This document shows positions 25,760-39,857 of a stretch of 64,000 bases of DNA, one piece after another. A program made the position numbers and the translations under genes. A model generated the notes under the pieces. That model saw only the letters and a list, made by a program, of their open reading frames with translations. It ran no database searches and was not told where the DNA came from. The stretch lies in the NCBI GenBank assembly GCA_024679065.1, contig JAGIQG010000032.1:5890001-5954000 (forward strand). The letters are read 5' to 3'. The stretch comes from Sphyrna mokarran (taxonomy: Eukaryota). The stretch's first letter is position 1; each line of letters starts with the position of its first letter.

Positions 25760-26122
25760 CAAAGTTTACAAGATTGTGAGGGAAATGGACAAAGTGGATA
25801 GACAGAAGCTTTTTCCCAGGGTGGAGGTGTCAACTACCGGGGTCATAAGTTTACAACGCAAGGGGCAAGGTTTAAAGAAAATGGACGAGGCAACTTTTTT
25901 TTACACACAAGGTGGTGGATGCCTGGAACTCGCTGCCAGGGAAGGTAGTGGAAGCAGATACGATAGTGACTTTTAAGGAGGATCTGAACAAATAAATAGG
26001 ATGGGAATAGAGAGATAACCCTTCAAGGATAAGGAGTTTTAGTTCTGATGGGCAGCAAGGTTGGCGCAGGCTTGAAGGGCTGAAGGGCCTGTTCCTGTGC
26101 TGTAATTTTCTTTTGTTCTTTG
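25760..26122 (+). mobile_element. CR1-type LINE 3' fragment
   Basis: KVYKIVREMDKVDRQKLFPR, then a tail GGGCTGAAGGGCCTGTTCCTGTGCTGT. Confidence 0.85.
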
Positions 26123-28384
26123 TTATCACATGCACACCTTTTTAATTACATTAGTACGATTCTGGGTGTTATCTGGACTGAATTAGCTGAGGGCTGTTCC
26201 AGTTCGCCACAGGAAATGAGGGGAGGAATCGCTGATGATTCTGTCTCTTCCCAGCAGTTCCAATTTGAAAGAATGAGTGTAGATGTGGGTTAAGGACTGA
26301 ATTAGACTTGGCTCAGATATGTTTTATTATTCCCCTCCTCAAGGAGATACCAGTGTTTATAACATACAAGATGCTGGTGTCTATAATGTGCTGATTGTAG
26401 GTGTTAGTTTCTTGGCAAGATTCACCATTTTTGGGATTTTGGAAACACAGTGCTTTGGAAACTGAGTCATTCAGCAATAAAAGCAAAGTTACTATGGTTG
26501 TCAACATGATCATTTCCTAAAATTCCTTAAAATGGTAATGCATTCTAATTGCTCTTGGGTTGTCAAACCTTGTTTCAGATGTTATTGGTCTTTGGGAACC
26601 TGCTTGAAACCGTAGTGAGTCCATTATTCTGGCACATCAAACTCTGAACAGTAACTCCTGTCCATTCCATTATAGTAACAGATGCTGTAACACTTCATTA
26701 TCCCCTTCCTGATTGTATCTCTGTCTTCTCTCAACTAAATTTTTTCTTAATTGTTGAATAATCTAAATGACCATAATGGAGCTGCAGGGTGAGCGTTTTT
26801 TTTTGAAGTTGTGATCCAATTCTCAAAAAACACTGTATTCCCAAAGATGGCATCAGCAGGTGAATTTGTGGTTTTTAAATTTTTGGAGTTGCTGTCCAAG
26901 GAAATTGATTTTTGTGAAGCTTGGGATGACGTTGGGTGAAGAAAATGTAACAAATCTGCTATATAAAGTGTTATGAATTTCTATCAGGGTGGCATTTACT
27001 TTCTGCTGCACTTTAGTGCTGACATTTTAACAAGGACTTCAGTGAACAGTTGATCTTTAAAATTTTAAAGGGTCCAATACTGAAGAGGTTCCCCACTTGT
27101 GGGGAATCCAAACTAGGAACTAGAAATCTGAGACTGTCACTAATTAATCCAATAAGGAGTACAGGAGAAAATTCTTCATCCAGAGAGTGGTTAGTATTTG
27201 TAACCTGCTACCACATGAAGTAGTGGTAGTGGAGCAAAGAACAGAAGGATATGTTGGTGCAGTATAATAAGGGGCAAGGTGTTGTGTGTGCAGTATTAAC
27301 AGGGTAGTAAGGGGCAGGGTTGTGTGTGTGGATTTTAAACATCGATCTGTTGGATGGAATAATATGTTTCTGTGCGTATGTTGTCTGTAATGTTTAAAGT
27401 TTATTTGTTAGTGCCACAATGAGGCTTGCATTAACACTGCAATGAAGTTCCTTGAAAATCCCCTAATCTCCACGCTTCAGCATCTGTTCACATAGACTGG
27501 GGGAGAATGTAGCATGACTGACACACCTAACCAGCACATCTTTTGAACTGTGGAAGGAAACTGAAGCACCCAGAGGAAACCCCCTCAGACACAGAGGGAA
27601 TGTACAAATTGCGCAGAGAGAGTGATCCAAACCAGGAACTAACCAAACTATGTACGGCGTGTCTCCTTAACACAGGAGATCTGAGAAATTAAAGATGTTG
27701 TTTGCAATTTCTATCAGATTTCATTAGCCACTCCAATAGATTTCTGGTATTCTATAAACACTTAAACAATATTATCCCACAAAATAACTCGTTGGCTAAA
27801 TTAAATGAAGAATTATAGTCCCATATTCTTATGGAATATGTTAATAGCAATAATAAAATGTTTTGTCATTTTTCCCCCTCAAACTTTAAAATTGGTCACT
27901 TGCTCTAAGCTGAAGATTGCAATTGTTTCTTGATACAGTGCTTTGTACATTGAGTTCTGAAGGTAAATATCAATACCTATCATTCAATTTGTGTTCAGTT
28001 CCTAGAATTTCAAACTGAAAATCAGGAAAGAATGTAATTTTTCTAAGGTGGTCTGGTTTTCTGCCAGAGGGCTATCAGACATGTGCCAGAGGGCTATCAA
28101 TGTTTGTACAGCTGTTTCACTAAGTGTAACATTACACATGATTGATCTGTTGTGTATTGACATATTAGGCCAAATGGATTATTATCTCGTGTGTTTGCCC
28201 TCTCACCAACATTGCCTCCCTGCTACACTGTCCCTGACCCATCCCTGTGTCCACCATAAGACCAGTGAGGTTAAGGTGAAAACCCACGCACAGGTGCCTG
28301 GCTACTACAGGTTTCCAGCATTTTTGGGAACTGAAAGCGATCCCAAGGTATGCACATGCAGGTTTGCTGTTGACTTGACAAATA

Positions 28385-28655
28385 CCAGGGTGGTACTGCT
28401 GCCTCAGCGCCGGGGACAGAGTTTGATTCCCGGCTTGGTTCACTGTTTGTGCAGAGTCTGCATGTTCTCCCCATGTCTGTGTGGGTTTTCTTCAGGTCCT
28501 GTCTGAAAGACACACTGGTTAAGTGCATTGGCCATAGTAAATTCTCCCTCATTGTACCTGAACAGGTGCCAGAGTGTGGCAACAAAGGATTTTCACAGTA
28601 ACTTTATTGCAGTGTTAATGTAAGCCTTCTTGAGACAAGAATAAATAAACTTTCA
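28385..28655 (+). mobile_element. HE1/V-SINE, tail type B
   Basis: Head CTGCTGCCTCAGCGCC...GTTTGATTCCC, V core and type B tail. Confidence 0.85.
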
Positions 28656-29429
28656 GAAACTTTAAATGTTTGTTACCCTGCCGCAGGCAAAAGATTCTTA
28701 AACAACCTTAGACTGGTGTTTTGAGGTTTTTAAACCTCTTCACATCTTCCCATTGAATACAAGTGCTTCAGATTTCTGGTATAACTGAGCCTTAGGTAAT
28801 ACTGAAAGACTAAATCGCTATACGTTAAATATTCTAAGTATAAATAACTGCTGAGGGATCTCCTTGTTCTGACTTAACATAAAAAGGCCTATCTGAATGC
28901 CTTTAAAGTTGATGTTAATCCTCAGTAGCAGCAACTTGGAGAAGTTGCTCTCCTGCCAGAGTCTGACAATGAGAGGTGGCTGGGTTAACAAGGTGACGTG
29001 CTGGCCTTGACTCTAACACATACTGGAGTTTCCTCATCACTGAGGGAACTGTAGTTTCTTTAAAAGTCAATTCATAACCTTGCCTTTGTTTACTTGGTCC
29101 TTTTTCTGTGGTGGTGATTGGTTTTGTTGCCTGTAGCCACTGATTTTAATTTGGTTGCATTCTTTTGCTCTCAAATGGTCAGTATATAAACAAAAAATGT
29201 GGCGCAATTCTGTTTTAGCTATCATTTTGTCATGTAATTGTTGGGATCAGCTGTTGGTGAAAGATACTGTGATTCAATGAGTTACTCAGTTTGGAGAATG
29301 TTCTTGTCACATGCTGGAGTGTCTCGTGGCCTGTTTCACTGAATTGTTCCTGAAACACTGCAGTTGATTGCAGCTGAAATTGATCCCAATGAGCCTGTCC
29401 TTTTGTGATCAAGATGAGCCCAAGCTTCC

Positions 29430-30290
29430 CACTGAATTCCACCTTAAAATACTTGCTCTACCATCCTGCTACCTTGAGGGAATCTGTGGCTATGCATTCC
29501 CCCTGTTCCTCTGTATCCTATCTTTCAATGGATATTCCCTTGTCCTTGTTTACCTCCCCAGTACATTGCCTGACATTGCTCCAGATTGATTTACATCTAT
29601 AATATTATCAAAAAAATGGAGTCATTTCAGACATGGTGAATCAATCTAATTCACTTTACTTTCCAATTGTATTTTCTGCCCATCTTGCTTCTACCTCTCC
29701 CTGGAAGTCCTCTCACTTTCAAGCCCTTGACCATTCAGCCCAAATTCTTACTACGTATTCAAATCATATTAAACCCAACCTGGTTGCCTCTCCAGTTATG
29801 TCCCTGAGCTATTCTGATCAGCTGGGCCTGATTTTCCATTTTTTTTTCCAAGGGCTGTGGAAGGTCTTGCTTTGTTTAAGGATGCTTATTCAAAAAATAA
29901 TTATAAATTTGCACATTGCAAGCTTGTTTGAATGTTTAAAGGCCTCAATCCAAAATGTCTTGTTTTGCAGAATCCTGAACATGGTCACAAGGCAGGGAGC
30001 TCTGTGGGCCAACACTCTCGGTTCCTTGGGTAAGTTCTTGCATTTCGTTTTCTGATCTGATTGATTCACCATGTCTGAAATGAGTGAAATTTTGATAAGT
30101 CACGAACAAAATTAAATCTGGAGAAGAATGAATTAATGTATTGTAGAAGGTGAATGAGGGCAAGGGACTATCCAGTGAATGGTAGGATACTGAGATGCAT
30201 AGAGGAACAGAGAAACCTTGGAATACATATCCACAGATCTCTGTCTGAAGATAGCAGGACAGATGGATCACGCATTTAAGGAAGGGGGCA
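29430..30290. repeat. Inverted repeat (arms about 29430-29646 and 30059-30290) flanking TIMM23 exon 5
   Basis: TCATTTCAGACATGGTGAATCAATC (29622-29646) is the exact reverse complement of 30059-30083; the outer arms are diverged, LINE-derived reverse complements. Confidence 0.85.
29971..30029 (+). CDS. TIMM23: TIMM23 exon 5
   Basis: ILNMVTRQGALWANTLGSL(A); acceptor TTTTGCAG, donor GTAAGT; 59 nt. Confidence 0.98.
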
Positions 30291-32004
30291 CAAAGGATAC
30301 TTAGCGTAGACGTAGTACGTAAGAGTAGTGGGTGGTTATGTTAGAGCCGAATGGAAAACGAGTTGGACTACTGCTTACGCTCTGGCCACTGCATTACAGA
30401 AGGGATGTGATTGCACTAGAGTGGATCAGAGGAGCTTTGAAGATGTTGACATGAATGTTCTAGCTCTTTAGGAGAGAGGAGAATGAGGGATGATTTTTAA
30501 CTGAGGGATATAAAGTTCAGGGGCCTTGATTCATGAATAGAAAGTTTCTGTTTTCCTTGGTCAACAACAACTAGAGAGCCTGGACTTGAAGCAGATGCTA
30601 GAAAAGTGGGAGTGTTAATTGAGAAAGGCTTTTGCCTAGAGGGTAGAGGGGGTCTGGAATCCTGCCTGAAAGGGTGAGAAAGCAGAAATCATTGCTTCAA
30701 AGAAAAGACTTGGCTATATTCTTGTAGGGCTGTGGATTACAGACCAAAAGCTAGAAAATGGGGTTGGGTTGGATTGGATACCTCTTGGTAGGCACTGATT
30801 AGGTGGACTAAATGCCTCCTCTGTCATAGATTTCCTCTTTTCTTTGTCTTGGCTGAAATTAGTTAACAATTTTCCTGGTGTGCATGATTCACAAATTGTT
30901 CCTACCTCCAAGCAATCAACGGAGTACTTCATCTTTTTTCCTGTACTCGTTTTGACATTGACCTCTCATACATTTTTCTATTTCTTATCCTTTCCTTCCT
31001 CTAATGCTGAACTAAAATTCAAGTTTACCGACAGCCCATAGGGTACATCTTACAAATAGTATTTGAGTGTTGACCTTGAAGTTACTATAGCTTGACCTTA
31101 TCCATTGCTTGTGTACTGTCTACACAGGTAGGGTTCACAGTATTATAATCGGGTGCAAGAACTGTGACTCTCCCTTCGCAGCCCGAGAGCACTAAAGGCA
31201 CCTGTCAACACCTCAATTCTCTCAGACACTTGTCAGGGAATAAATTTATGGTCTGGAATGTGCAGGTTTTTAATCTCTTGAGGAATTTGGAAAACAAATT
31301 CTGGTCTCCTTATGTGGGAGTGACGTGATCTTTGTTTAAGTTTCCACAAAGTAGCACAGCTGAGGTTGAGAGGGTTTGGGGTCTATAGTTGTGAATCTAC
31401 AAGTGATCAATTATTGCTGCAATAGGTGAGTACACACTGTTGTTACGCTTATGTTTATTGATATGATTGTTGTCTACCTGTCTTTCTGTTGTAAATGTTG
31501 GACTTGGTGGACAACACTGACAATTGCATATCCTCAATGGAGTGTGGTGCTGGAGCAATTCAGGGCCCTGGTATGGGACTGAAGCCTCATGTAAACCAGA
31601 CCAGTTTAGGCCAACATGTTTCCTAAAAGCACATTGGAGAATGAGTTGGATTGTTAAGCATGATAGTCACTTTTTGTAATCAACCTTCTAATTTCCTAAT
31701 TCTTTTTATTGTTCGAGTTGAATTTGATTTCTTAAATTGCCATGGAATCTGTAGTGCATAATGTTATGGCTGAGAATTTTCTGTTTTTTAGTTTATTAGC
31801 TCAAGCCTCTGAGTATGTCAGTACCATAATTACTGCACTGCTGTACCTGTGTGGTGTAGTGTGTACTGTTTGATGTTTCCATTGTCTAGGCGTGCATTTG
31901 TGACTGATTCACTGTGTGTTTTTCTGGAAGGTGCACCGACATCTTCCTTTATACAATACTTTATACCTGATTATAATACTTGTATTTGACTCTGTCCCAT
32001 GCAG

Positions 32005-32115
32005 CTCTCTTGTACAGCACTTTTGGTGTTGTCATAGAAAAGGTACGAGGTGCAGAGGATGATCTGAACACAGTGGCAGCAGGATCTTTGACTGGCCTAC
32101 TTTACAAATCCACAG
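32005..32115 (+). CDS. TIMM23: TIMM23 exon 6
   Basis: (A)LLYSTFGVVIEKVRGAEDDLNTVAAGSLTGLLYKST; acceptor ATGCAG, donor GTAAAC; 111 nt. Confidence 0.98.
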
Positions 32116-34039
32116 GTAAACACAATGGCATCTGCAGTCTCAATAATCTGGGACTCCACTTGCTCACAGTGACATGCCTAGTTAGTTAGCGTCTGAAAGC
32201 TATTATGGAATTGGGGGCTACATTTGTGCACCTTGGAAGAAAGGTGAGCTGTGCCAGTTTGTGATAAAGAAGTACTTCCCAAACCTGCAAATTGTTGCAG
32301 TATTTTTGGTTTGAAAAATAACTTTACAATTCATAATTCTAAAATTGTGTAAAAAAAAAAGAAACAATTTGAGACCCTTCATAGTGCCAATTGCAAGAGG
32401 CTACGAAACCTCATTGGTCATTGATTCCAGCTATCAAGGGTATCCTGAAATGTGTTGTGTCACGTTTCTCTGGTAATGTTTAGCTATTGTCATTATGCTG
32501 CTGTTTAAAAAGAAGCAATAAAAATTGAACACAATCATTAGCTGATCAAGGCCTAATCTCCAGAAGCTTTTTGTAATCCGGGGAATTTATTAGCTTTATG
32601 AAATCTCCCCCCTTTTGGGGGGGCAGGCTGGTAATGTTCATCTAATTGGGTACTTATTGGTACTAATCACGTTGAGTTGATATCCCACATGGGTAGCATT
32701 TACATGGATATTCAGCCACTATCAATATGGATCTTTCTCTGCAGTAATCCTTCAGCTGATTGCATCCTGTTGTTGTGTTTAGATGTTTTTGGCTGCAAAA
32801 ATTTAAACTGGCAATGCATCAAAATTTACATACGGCATATGTCTATCAGAGAAAGCTGATAAATCAGTGATATCAAAAAGTTTATTAGTCACAAGTAAGA
32901 CTTACAGTAACACTGCCATGAAGTTCCTGTGAAATTCCCCAAGGCACCACACTCCAATGCGCTTAACCAGTCAGTCAGTCAGTGGGAGGAAACCAAAACA
33001 CTTGGCCAGGAATCGAACCCAGGCCTCAAGTTGTGAGGCTGCAGTGCTAATCATTGTGCCACCCTGCCAATGATCTGTCTTTTATCATGGACATTATAGC
33101 CTTGGTGCTGACTGTCTTATCCACTGCCTCAGTCCACCTGTCTTATTCCAAATTTTGTTTGTGGATTTTTCTCTTAACTTTCCATCACCCTTATGTTTTC
33201 ACCTCTCCCTCTCTTGTGAAATATTTAGATACCATGTCATGTGAGGAACTGATGAAAAGCCTCTTGTAATCTTAAAACAAAGCAAGTAGCTCAGTCTGAT
33301 CAATGTTATGCTCACAAAGTCAATCCTGATTTTCTGTAATTCAGGGATAGTCTAGATCGCTGCACTTGTTTATATGCTGAGCGCGGTGAGGCGTTGGGAA
33401 TCCGACAGGTGGTGGAATACATCCCGTGAATGGTGAATCTTTTCATGCATGCCTCAAGATAGCTGCTCTGTTTAGGCTCTAGGGTAAAAGAAAAATGTTT
33501 TCACATGTAGGCCGCCTCCTATCCCTGTGTCCTGAACAGTCCTCAAACCTGCTCGCCGATTCATTTATATCATTGATTTATATCTCAACTCCATCTGCCT
33601 GACTTGGTTCCAAAACAATTAATGCCCTTGACAAAAATCTATCAATCTCTGTTTAGAAATTGCTAATTGACCTAGTTTCTAATCTTATCGATTCTTTGGT
33701 TTTATTTTTTAAATTTTGCCAATTTATTTGGGTTGGGGGGGTAATTAATTTTTAGCTTTAGTAAGGATATTGGGTTAATCAGATATCAAAAGCGCATGCA
33801 GTGAGCTTAAGGCATTAGCATCTCTGTTCAGAGCTGCCAAAATTAAAAGGGGTGGGGGAATTTTTAGCAATGGTAACCATGAAACCATTGTCGATTATCA
33901 TTTTAAAAACTCCCCTGGTTCATTAATGCCCTCAATATGTCTTTGTAACCTACTGTCCTTACCTGGTCTGGCCTTTACATGACTTCAATCCACAGTAACT
34001 TTTAAACAGCCTCTGAAGTGGTCTAGGAAGCTCGCTGGG

Positions 34040-35315
34040 GGAAGAGGCTCCACAAATACTCCCATCCCCCATGATGGGGGCAGCCCAGCACATCACTGTA
34101 AAAATAAGGCTGAGGTATTTGCTACAGTTTTTAGTCAAAAGTGCTGAGCGGATGATCCATCTTGGAGGTCCCAGTGTCACAGATACCAGCCTTCAGCCAA
34201 TTCAATTTACTCCATGTATTATCACTGGATATTGCAAAAAATGTGGGCCCTAATAATCTTGAAAAAAATACTACTGAAGGCTTGTGCTTCCAAACTTCAT
34301 GTTCCTTTTCAAGCTGTTCCAGTCCAACTGGAACACTGGCATATACCCAGCAGTGTACACACAAAGCAGGATAAATCCAACTAGCCAATTGCTGCCCTAT
34401 CTCTCAGTGAACTGATGGAAGAGGTCATCAACAGTGCAATCAGACACTGCTTGGGTTTCGCCAAGACCACTCAGCTCCAGGATATCACTGCAGGAGTTCT
34501 TCAGGATAATGTCCAAGGGCCAGCCATCTTCAGCAGCTTCATCAGTAACTTTCCTCTTATCGTAAGATCAGAATTGGGGATATTTATTATGCAATGTTCA
34601 ACAGCATTCACAACTCCATATCCAAATTCAGACCTGGACAATATTCAGATTTCGGCTGACAAAGTGGCAAGTAACATTTGCACCTCAAGTGTCAGGCAAT
34701 GACCATCTCCAACAAGAAAGAATCTGACCATTGCCCCATGACATTCAATGGGATCACCTTCACAGAATCTCCACTGTGAACTGACCAGAAACTCAACAGG
34801 ACTGACCGTAGCTACAAAGGCAGGTCAGAGAGTAGGAATTGTGTGATGAATAACTCACCACTTGACTCCCCAAAGCCTATCCGTCCAGCTGCAAAGCTCA
34901 AATCGAAGTATGATGGAACCTCTACTTGCCTGAGGTGAGTGCAGTTTCAGTAACACTCCAAGTACTTGATGCCATTCAGGAAAAAGCACCCCCTCCACAA
35001 ATATTCATCACATAGTAGCAACCATGCAGGAATTCCCCAGTGCACTTTCCAAACTCTCAACTGTTAACATTTAGAATGACAAGGGCAGCCGATTCATGAG
35101 AACACCACCACCTGCAAGTTCCCCTCTAAGACACTCACCATCCTGATTTGGAAATATAGGTTCAACATCCTGCAATCCTTTTCAGCACTGTGGGTGTACC
35201 CACACTTGGACTGCAATAGTTCAGGAAGGCATTTCACCACCACCTCAGCAATTAGGGATGGACATTGAATGCTGGCCTTGCTAATGATGCTCGGATCCCA
35301 TGAAAGAATAAATGA
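34040..35315 (+). mobile_element. Old L2/CR1-superfamily LINE 3' portion, heavily deleted
   Basis: RT-like remnants (AGVLQDNVQGPAIFSSFI, DLDNIQ) and a tail CAATTAGGGATGG...ATGCTGGCC also seen near 2200, 12780 and 20120. Confidence 0.7.
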
Positions 35316-36229
35316 AGAGGAATTCTCAGCCATTTTCAGACTTTAGCCCAATTCTGAAAGAGTTTTGAGTTGGGACTAACTTTTGCTAAATCGAATCGCT
35401 CTCAACCTGCTTCCCTGTCCCCACATAGGTTATGTAAAGAAGCTTTCTGAAGCAGTGAGGAGCAGCACGTGATACTCAGCAAATCTCTGTCAAATGAGAT
35501 AGTGAATATTTTAGCATTGTGTAGATCCACAGAAATATTTCCGGCATTTTCCTAGGCAGCCAGTGCAACTGTGTTATGGAGCGGTTTGTCAGCATATTTG
35601 GGGCTCTTTTCAGTCAGTCCAACAAAGTGGTTGTTACAGTTGATGTTCATACTTTAGGCAGGGGGATAAACTAGTCAAGGTTCCTGTTCCTGACTGTTAT
35701 CAAGTTAACCCTGCTGTGGATTGTTTGGGTGGCTGTTTGACTGAGGGCAGCACCTCATTGAGCCCTTACTTGCCACTGCTTATGACGTCAGCATCAGATG
35801 GACTGCACCCTTTTGTATGGGGCAAGGATGATAGTTGTGCAACTGGATGGACCGACAGCTGTGTGTACAATCTATCTCAACACCACAAACTGCTGACCTT
35901 GCAGAGCTATCGACACTGACTACGTGCGTACATAGGCTTGTTTTGTGCCTGATTACATATCAGTAAAGGACACAGTGAGAAGGGGCCAAGGGTGAAAATG
36001 TGTTCTTTTACATTGACATTTTAAACACGAAATACCTTTTATGCTCCTGTGCATTGCCAGAGAAGTATAAATGCAGAGGTCGTGAATGGATTGAGATGAG
36101 ATCCTGTTAAGAATTTACCAATTCCCCTCAAATGTTTCTGTGGCAAAGCTTTCTTTCCACTTGAAAATGTTGCCCCATTGCTAAGAGGGTTCCCAATTTG
36201 CACCTAAATAGCCTGAGATCCGTGTCCCT

Positions 36230-36500
36230 GGTATGGTTAGTTCTGCCTCAGAGTGCTAGGGACCTGGGTTCAATTCCTGTCTTGGGTGATTGTCTGTGTG
36301 GAGTTTGCATGTTCTCTTTCTGTTTGCATGGGTTTCCTCCTTGTGCTCTGGTTTCCTCCCGCAGTCTAAAGATGTGTGAGTTAGGTGGATTGACCACTGC
36401 TAACTTGATTCTTGGTATTGGGGGATTAGGGCTTGAGTGGGATTGTGGTGGGTGCAGACTCGATGGGATGAATGGCCTCCTGCACTGTAGGGATTCTATG
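36230..36500 (+). mobile_element. HE1/V-SINE, tail type A
   Basis: Head, V core and tail ...GCACTGTAGGGATTCTATG. Confidence 0.85.
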
Positions 36501-38328
36501 AGATGGGACTAGATTGTGTGTTATCCTCTTTTTTTCACTCCTCTCAACCTCCAGGCTGTGATGACACAATGTTAGTGGAATCGGAACTCTTTTTGCTGAT
36601 GCAAATATGTTTTTTCCATTATTTGGTGGGATATGGGCATCACTTTCTGGCTGGCATTTATTGTCCATCCCTGTGTTCTAGGAGGCTGAGGTAGATTTTT
36701 AATTTGAATTGAGGGACTTGTGAATAGGATGGGAAAGTGGAATTCCTGTAAACGGTTGATGTGATCTTATTCAGTGACCAGGGCAGTTTGAGTTCTCTTT
36801 ATGTTCCTGTTTATGTTCTTTTCACTTGCATCTTGGCAGTGCCCTGAAAAACGTTTTTCTTTTTAGCTGTTGTTGTCTTCTGATCTGAAACCTTTGATTT
36901 CTTGCTGTTGTACAATTCCATGGTGCTGTTCAACCTCCAGTACTGTGAGATATTCCGTATGGACATCACTAGGCTATTAACTTTTGGAGCATCACAGCTG
37001 GTCCTGTCCTTGTCTGCTACACTCATGCCTACCTCCTACAGTGGTTACTAGCTGCTGATGGGAAGTAGGAAGCCTGGCTGAAAAGGATTTCTAAAAATAT
37101 TATGATCGGGGGATGGCAGAACATAACACTAGTCCCTCATGCTGTTCTGCACCCAAGACAGAGAGGTGGGGAGAATTTGTTGTTAATATAACAGGACCTT
37201 GAGGGACATGACACTGGCTCCAACCTTTATGCCAGCAAACCCAATGATAAACTAAGCCACAAGCTACACTTAAGTTTGAAGGCTAAAGTAGGCTCTTTAC
37301 CCTGTGTTATAGTACATTATGGAAAGGTAACCATATTTATGTGTGATGCAATGTGTAGGATAGATATGGGCTTGAGTGCACAGAGCAGTGAGTGAGTTGA
37401 TTATACTGGTCTGATAAAAGGGAGGGAGGTGTCGCCCTGCCTGCTATCAGCTGTTCGACAGCTGGAAGTGAAATTGCTGGAGTTGCTGAATCGGGAGCTG
37501 TGCTCTCAGTCATTGCGTTTGTTCCTGTTTGTTTGTATTTTGCCCCCGTACGTTGGGGAATTAGGGAGGTGACTGTCCATGAAGAAATGCTGTTTAAACA
37601 GAAAATGAGAAGTATCTTAATTCCACGGTGGGGATAATCACTTGTGTTTGGTCTTGTGCAGGGGATAAACATTGCTGTCATCTGGCAGAAATGAAATATA
37701 AAAAGCTCACAGTTTGGGGAAAGGCCATTCGGCCCATTTGCTGTTGCAGAGAGCCATCACAGGCACAATGTATAAAGAGGAAATGACATAGTTTTGAGTA
37801 CCTTTACTCAGTACACCTTCCAGAAACAATATGTTTTGCACCAGGGCGCTCATTCATGACCTTGGAAACCCTCTTCACAACCAAATAACTTCGTGGTTAT
37901 ATAAAAATGTCAAAGATTGGAGGAATCCTCATCCAATAGTAATACCTCTCATTTAAAAGATAGGGTTCCCAGTCAGTTACAAGAACAAAGGGGGAATAAC
38001 TCCGATATAGACTATGAAATTCTACAAGCAGGTCCCTGGAGTTCGGTATTGATGAGGTGCTGGTGACGAGGGCACAAAATTGGGGACACTTTTTTTCCAG
38101 TTTTTGCAGCACTGCTGGCAAAAGACAATTCATCAGACAGTGGGGTTGCATCTGGGATGGTGCTTCTAACTGCAGCTCACTGTGTTGCTGCAGTCTAGTC
38201 AACTGACCAGCCCATCCCTACAAGTATCCTCATCCACCTACACGGTGCATCAGAAAGCAGCACAGCTCAACAGCGCAAGGCCATTGCGTTCCACATCCAG
38301 TGAAATCTTTTGTTTTCCTTTTTCTCAG

Positions 38329-38444
38329 CTGGACTTCGTGGGGCGGCACGGGGAGGATTTGCTGGCTTTGTGTTGACTGGACTCTACGCACTGTACAACA
38401 ACTGGGACCACATAAAGGGCGTATCGGTGCGACATTCCCTCTGA
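38329..38444 (+). CDS. TIMM23: TIMM23 exon 7 (last coding exon, stop TGA 38442-38444)
   Basis: (A)GLRGAARGGFAGFVLTGLYALYNNWDHIKGVSVRHSL*; strong pyrimidine tract and CAG acceptor. Confidence 0.97.
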
Positions 38445-39826
38445 AGCTGCCACATACGAGGAACGTTTGAATAGGTGTGTTGTACAGTGAATGAGACCTG
38501 AATCCAGAGTCACATCTGAATTTAAAAAAAAAATCTTTAACTACCACTTTATCCCTAAATTTGGTGATGATGATTTAAAGGTCAGTTGCAGATGTTGAGT
38601 GGATAACATTGCAATGCTGGCTGGTCACAGTCTCACTGCAACATTGGACACATCAGCAGTCAGCGGAAGTTGGAGGTGCCACTAGTTGCAGATGTGAGGT
38701 CAGTAGCAGTTCTGTCTAATGGATCAGTGCCGAATAAGCCAACTGGCAGTCGGTAACTGGTTAGCTACAACCTCCATTAGCAGAATTGAAAACTACAGCA
38801 ATGCAGGGGAGCAATGCAGTCAGATTTTGGATTGGATTTCATGGCCCATTTCCACAAAATCATTGGTTAAAGACTCTGATTAACTATTGTAAATGGGCCA
38901 ATATTGTTCTCAATTCTGTAAGTCTGAACTCAATAGTGACAATTAGCTATCATTGCCAAATACTGTACATTAAATACTAAATAGGTAATATCTCTGCCTC
39001 CATGATGGGCTACAGTGTTCTCCCCTCCCTGCCCCCTGACAAATATCCCTGATCTGTTTTATCCATGTGCAACAACCTTGAGTCAAACTGGTTGCTTATA
39101 TCCTGCTGCAGAGAATTATATTTTCATTTATCAGATCTGGCCAGTGATTATGCAAAAGGAACTAATCAGATGTACTGAATGGTTTCCCCTCATTCCCCGT
39201 ATCCTGTTGCTGAAAATGAAATGACGAACCTCGCAATTTGTGCAATATAGTCCAGCGCTTCCCCTGTCGACGTGAGTGAATTGTCTAATGCTGTGGTCAA
39301 TGTTTCTGATTGTAATCCTGGAGGTTGCAGAGAGGGGGAATTGCTGGTCCCAGCCTGCTTGTTTAATTTGCGATCATCACTCATCTCCCTCCATGATTAT
39401 CCATCCATCTTGCCAGTAAAAGTGAGAAGTGCTGCATTGCCACCTGTCTTACTGATGTACTTCCCTTTATGATAGCGCTGTTATGGATACTGAAAAGTAA
39501 TTATATGCATGTGGACTTGTAGAAAGGAATGAAACAGTGACCTGAGGTGTGAACTGAGCATAGAAAGATGTTGAGATTGGGGCACTGGGCACATTGCCTG
39601 ATGCAGCTGACCTGAGCTGTGTGAGTGCTTAACATTGCAGGAGTGTCAGGAGAAGCCACTGAAAGCATGGATCCAGAAAGAACATCTAATTGGTGCTTTA
39701 ACGCTACCCAGATTATTTAGAATCATACCACCTTGAACCATGTCATGTTTTTACGATATTTTGTCTTTTTCAAGTTGTTCTGTTAGAGGAATCTGGTCAC
39801 AAACTGTATGGACAAGCACAGCACAA

Positions 39827-39857
39827 AATAAAGAGATGCTATTTATTGTTTAATAAA
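39827..39857 (+). terminator. Candidate TIMM23 polyadenylation signals (AATAAA at 39827 and 39852)
   Basis: Paired canonical hexamers about 1.4 kb after the stop, just before repeats resume. Confidence 0.5.

Larger units (their letters stand above)
1228..38444 (+). other. TIMM23: TIMM23 gene span (ATG to stop), 7 coding exons, 645 nt, 214 aa
   Basis: Exons of 121+59+94+85+59+111+116 nt join in frame into a full Tim23 sequence; all introns are GT-AG. Confidence 0.97.

Noticed and set aside
37750-37845. Short matches to recalled SNORA74/U19 sequence
   Set aside because: The matches are in conflicting orientations and rely on memory; no H/ACA architecture is evident.
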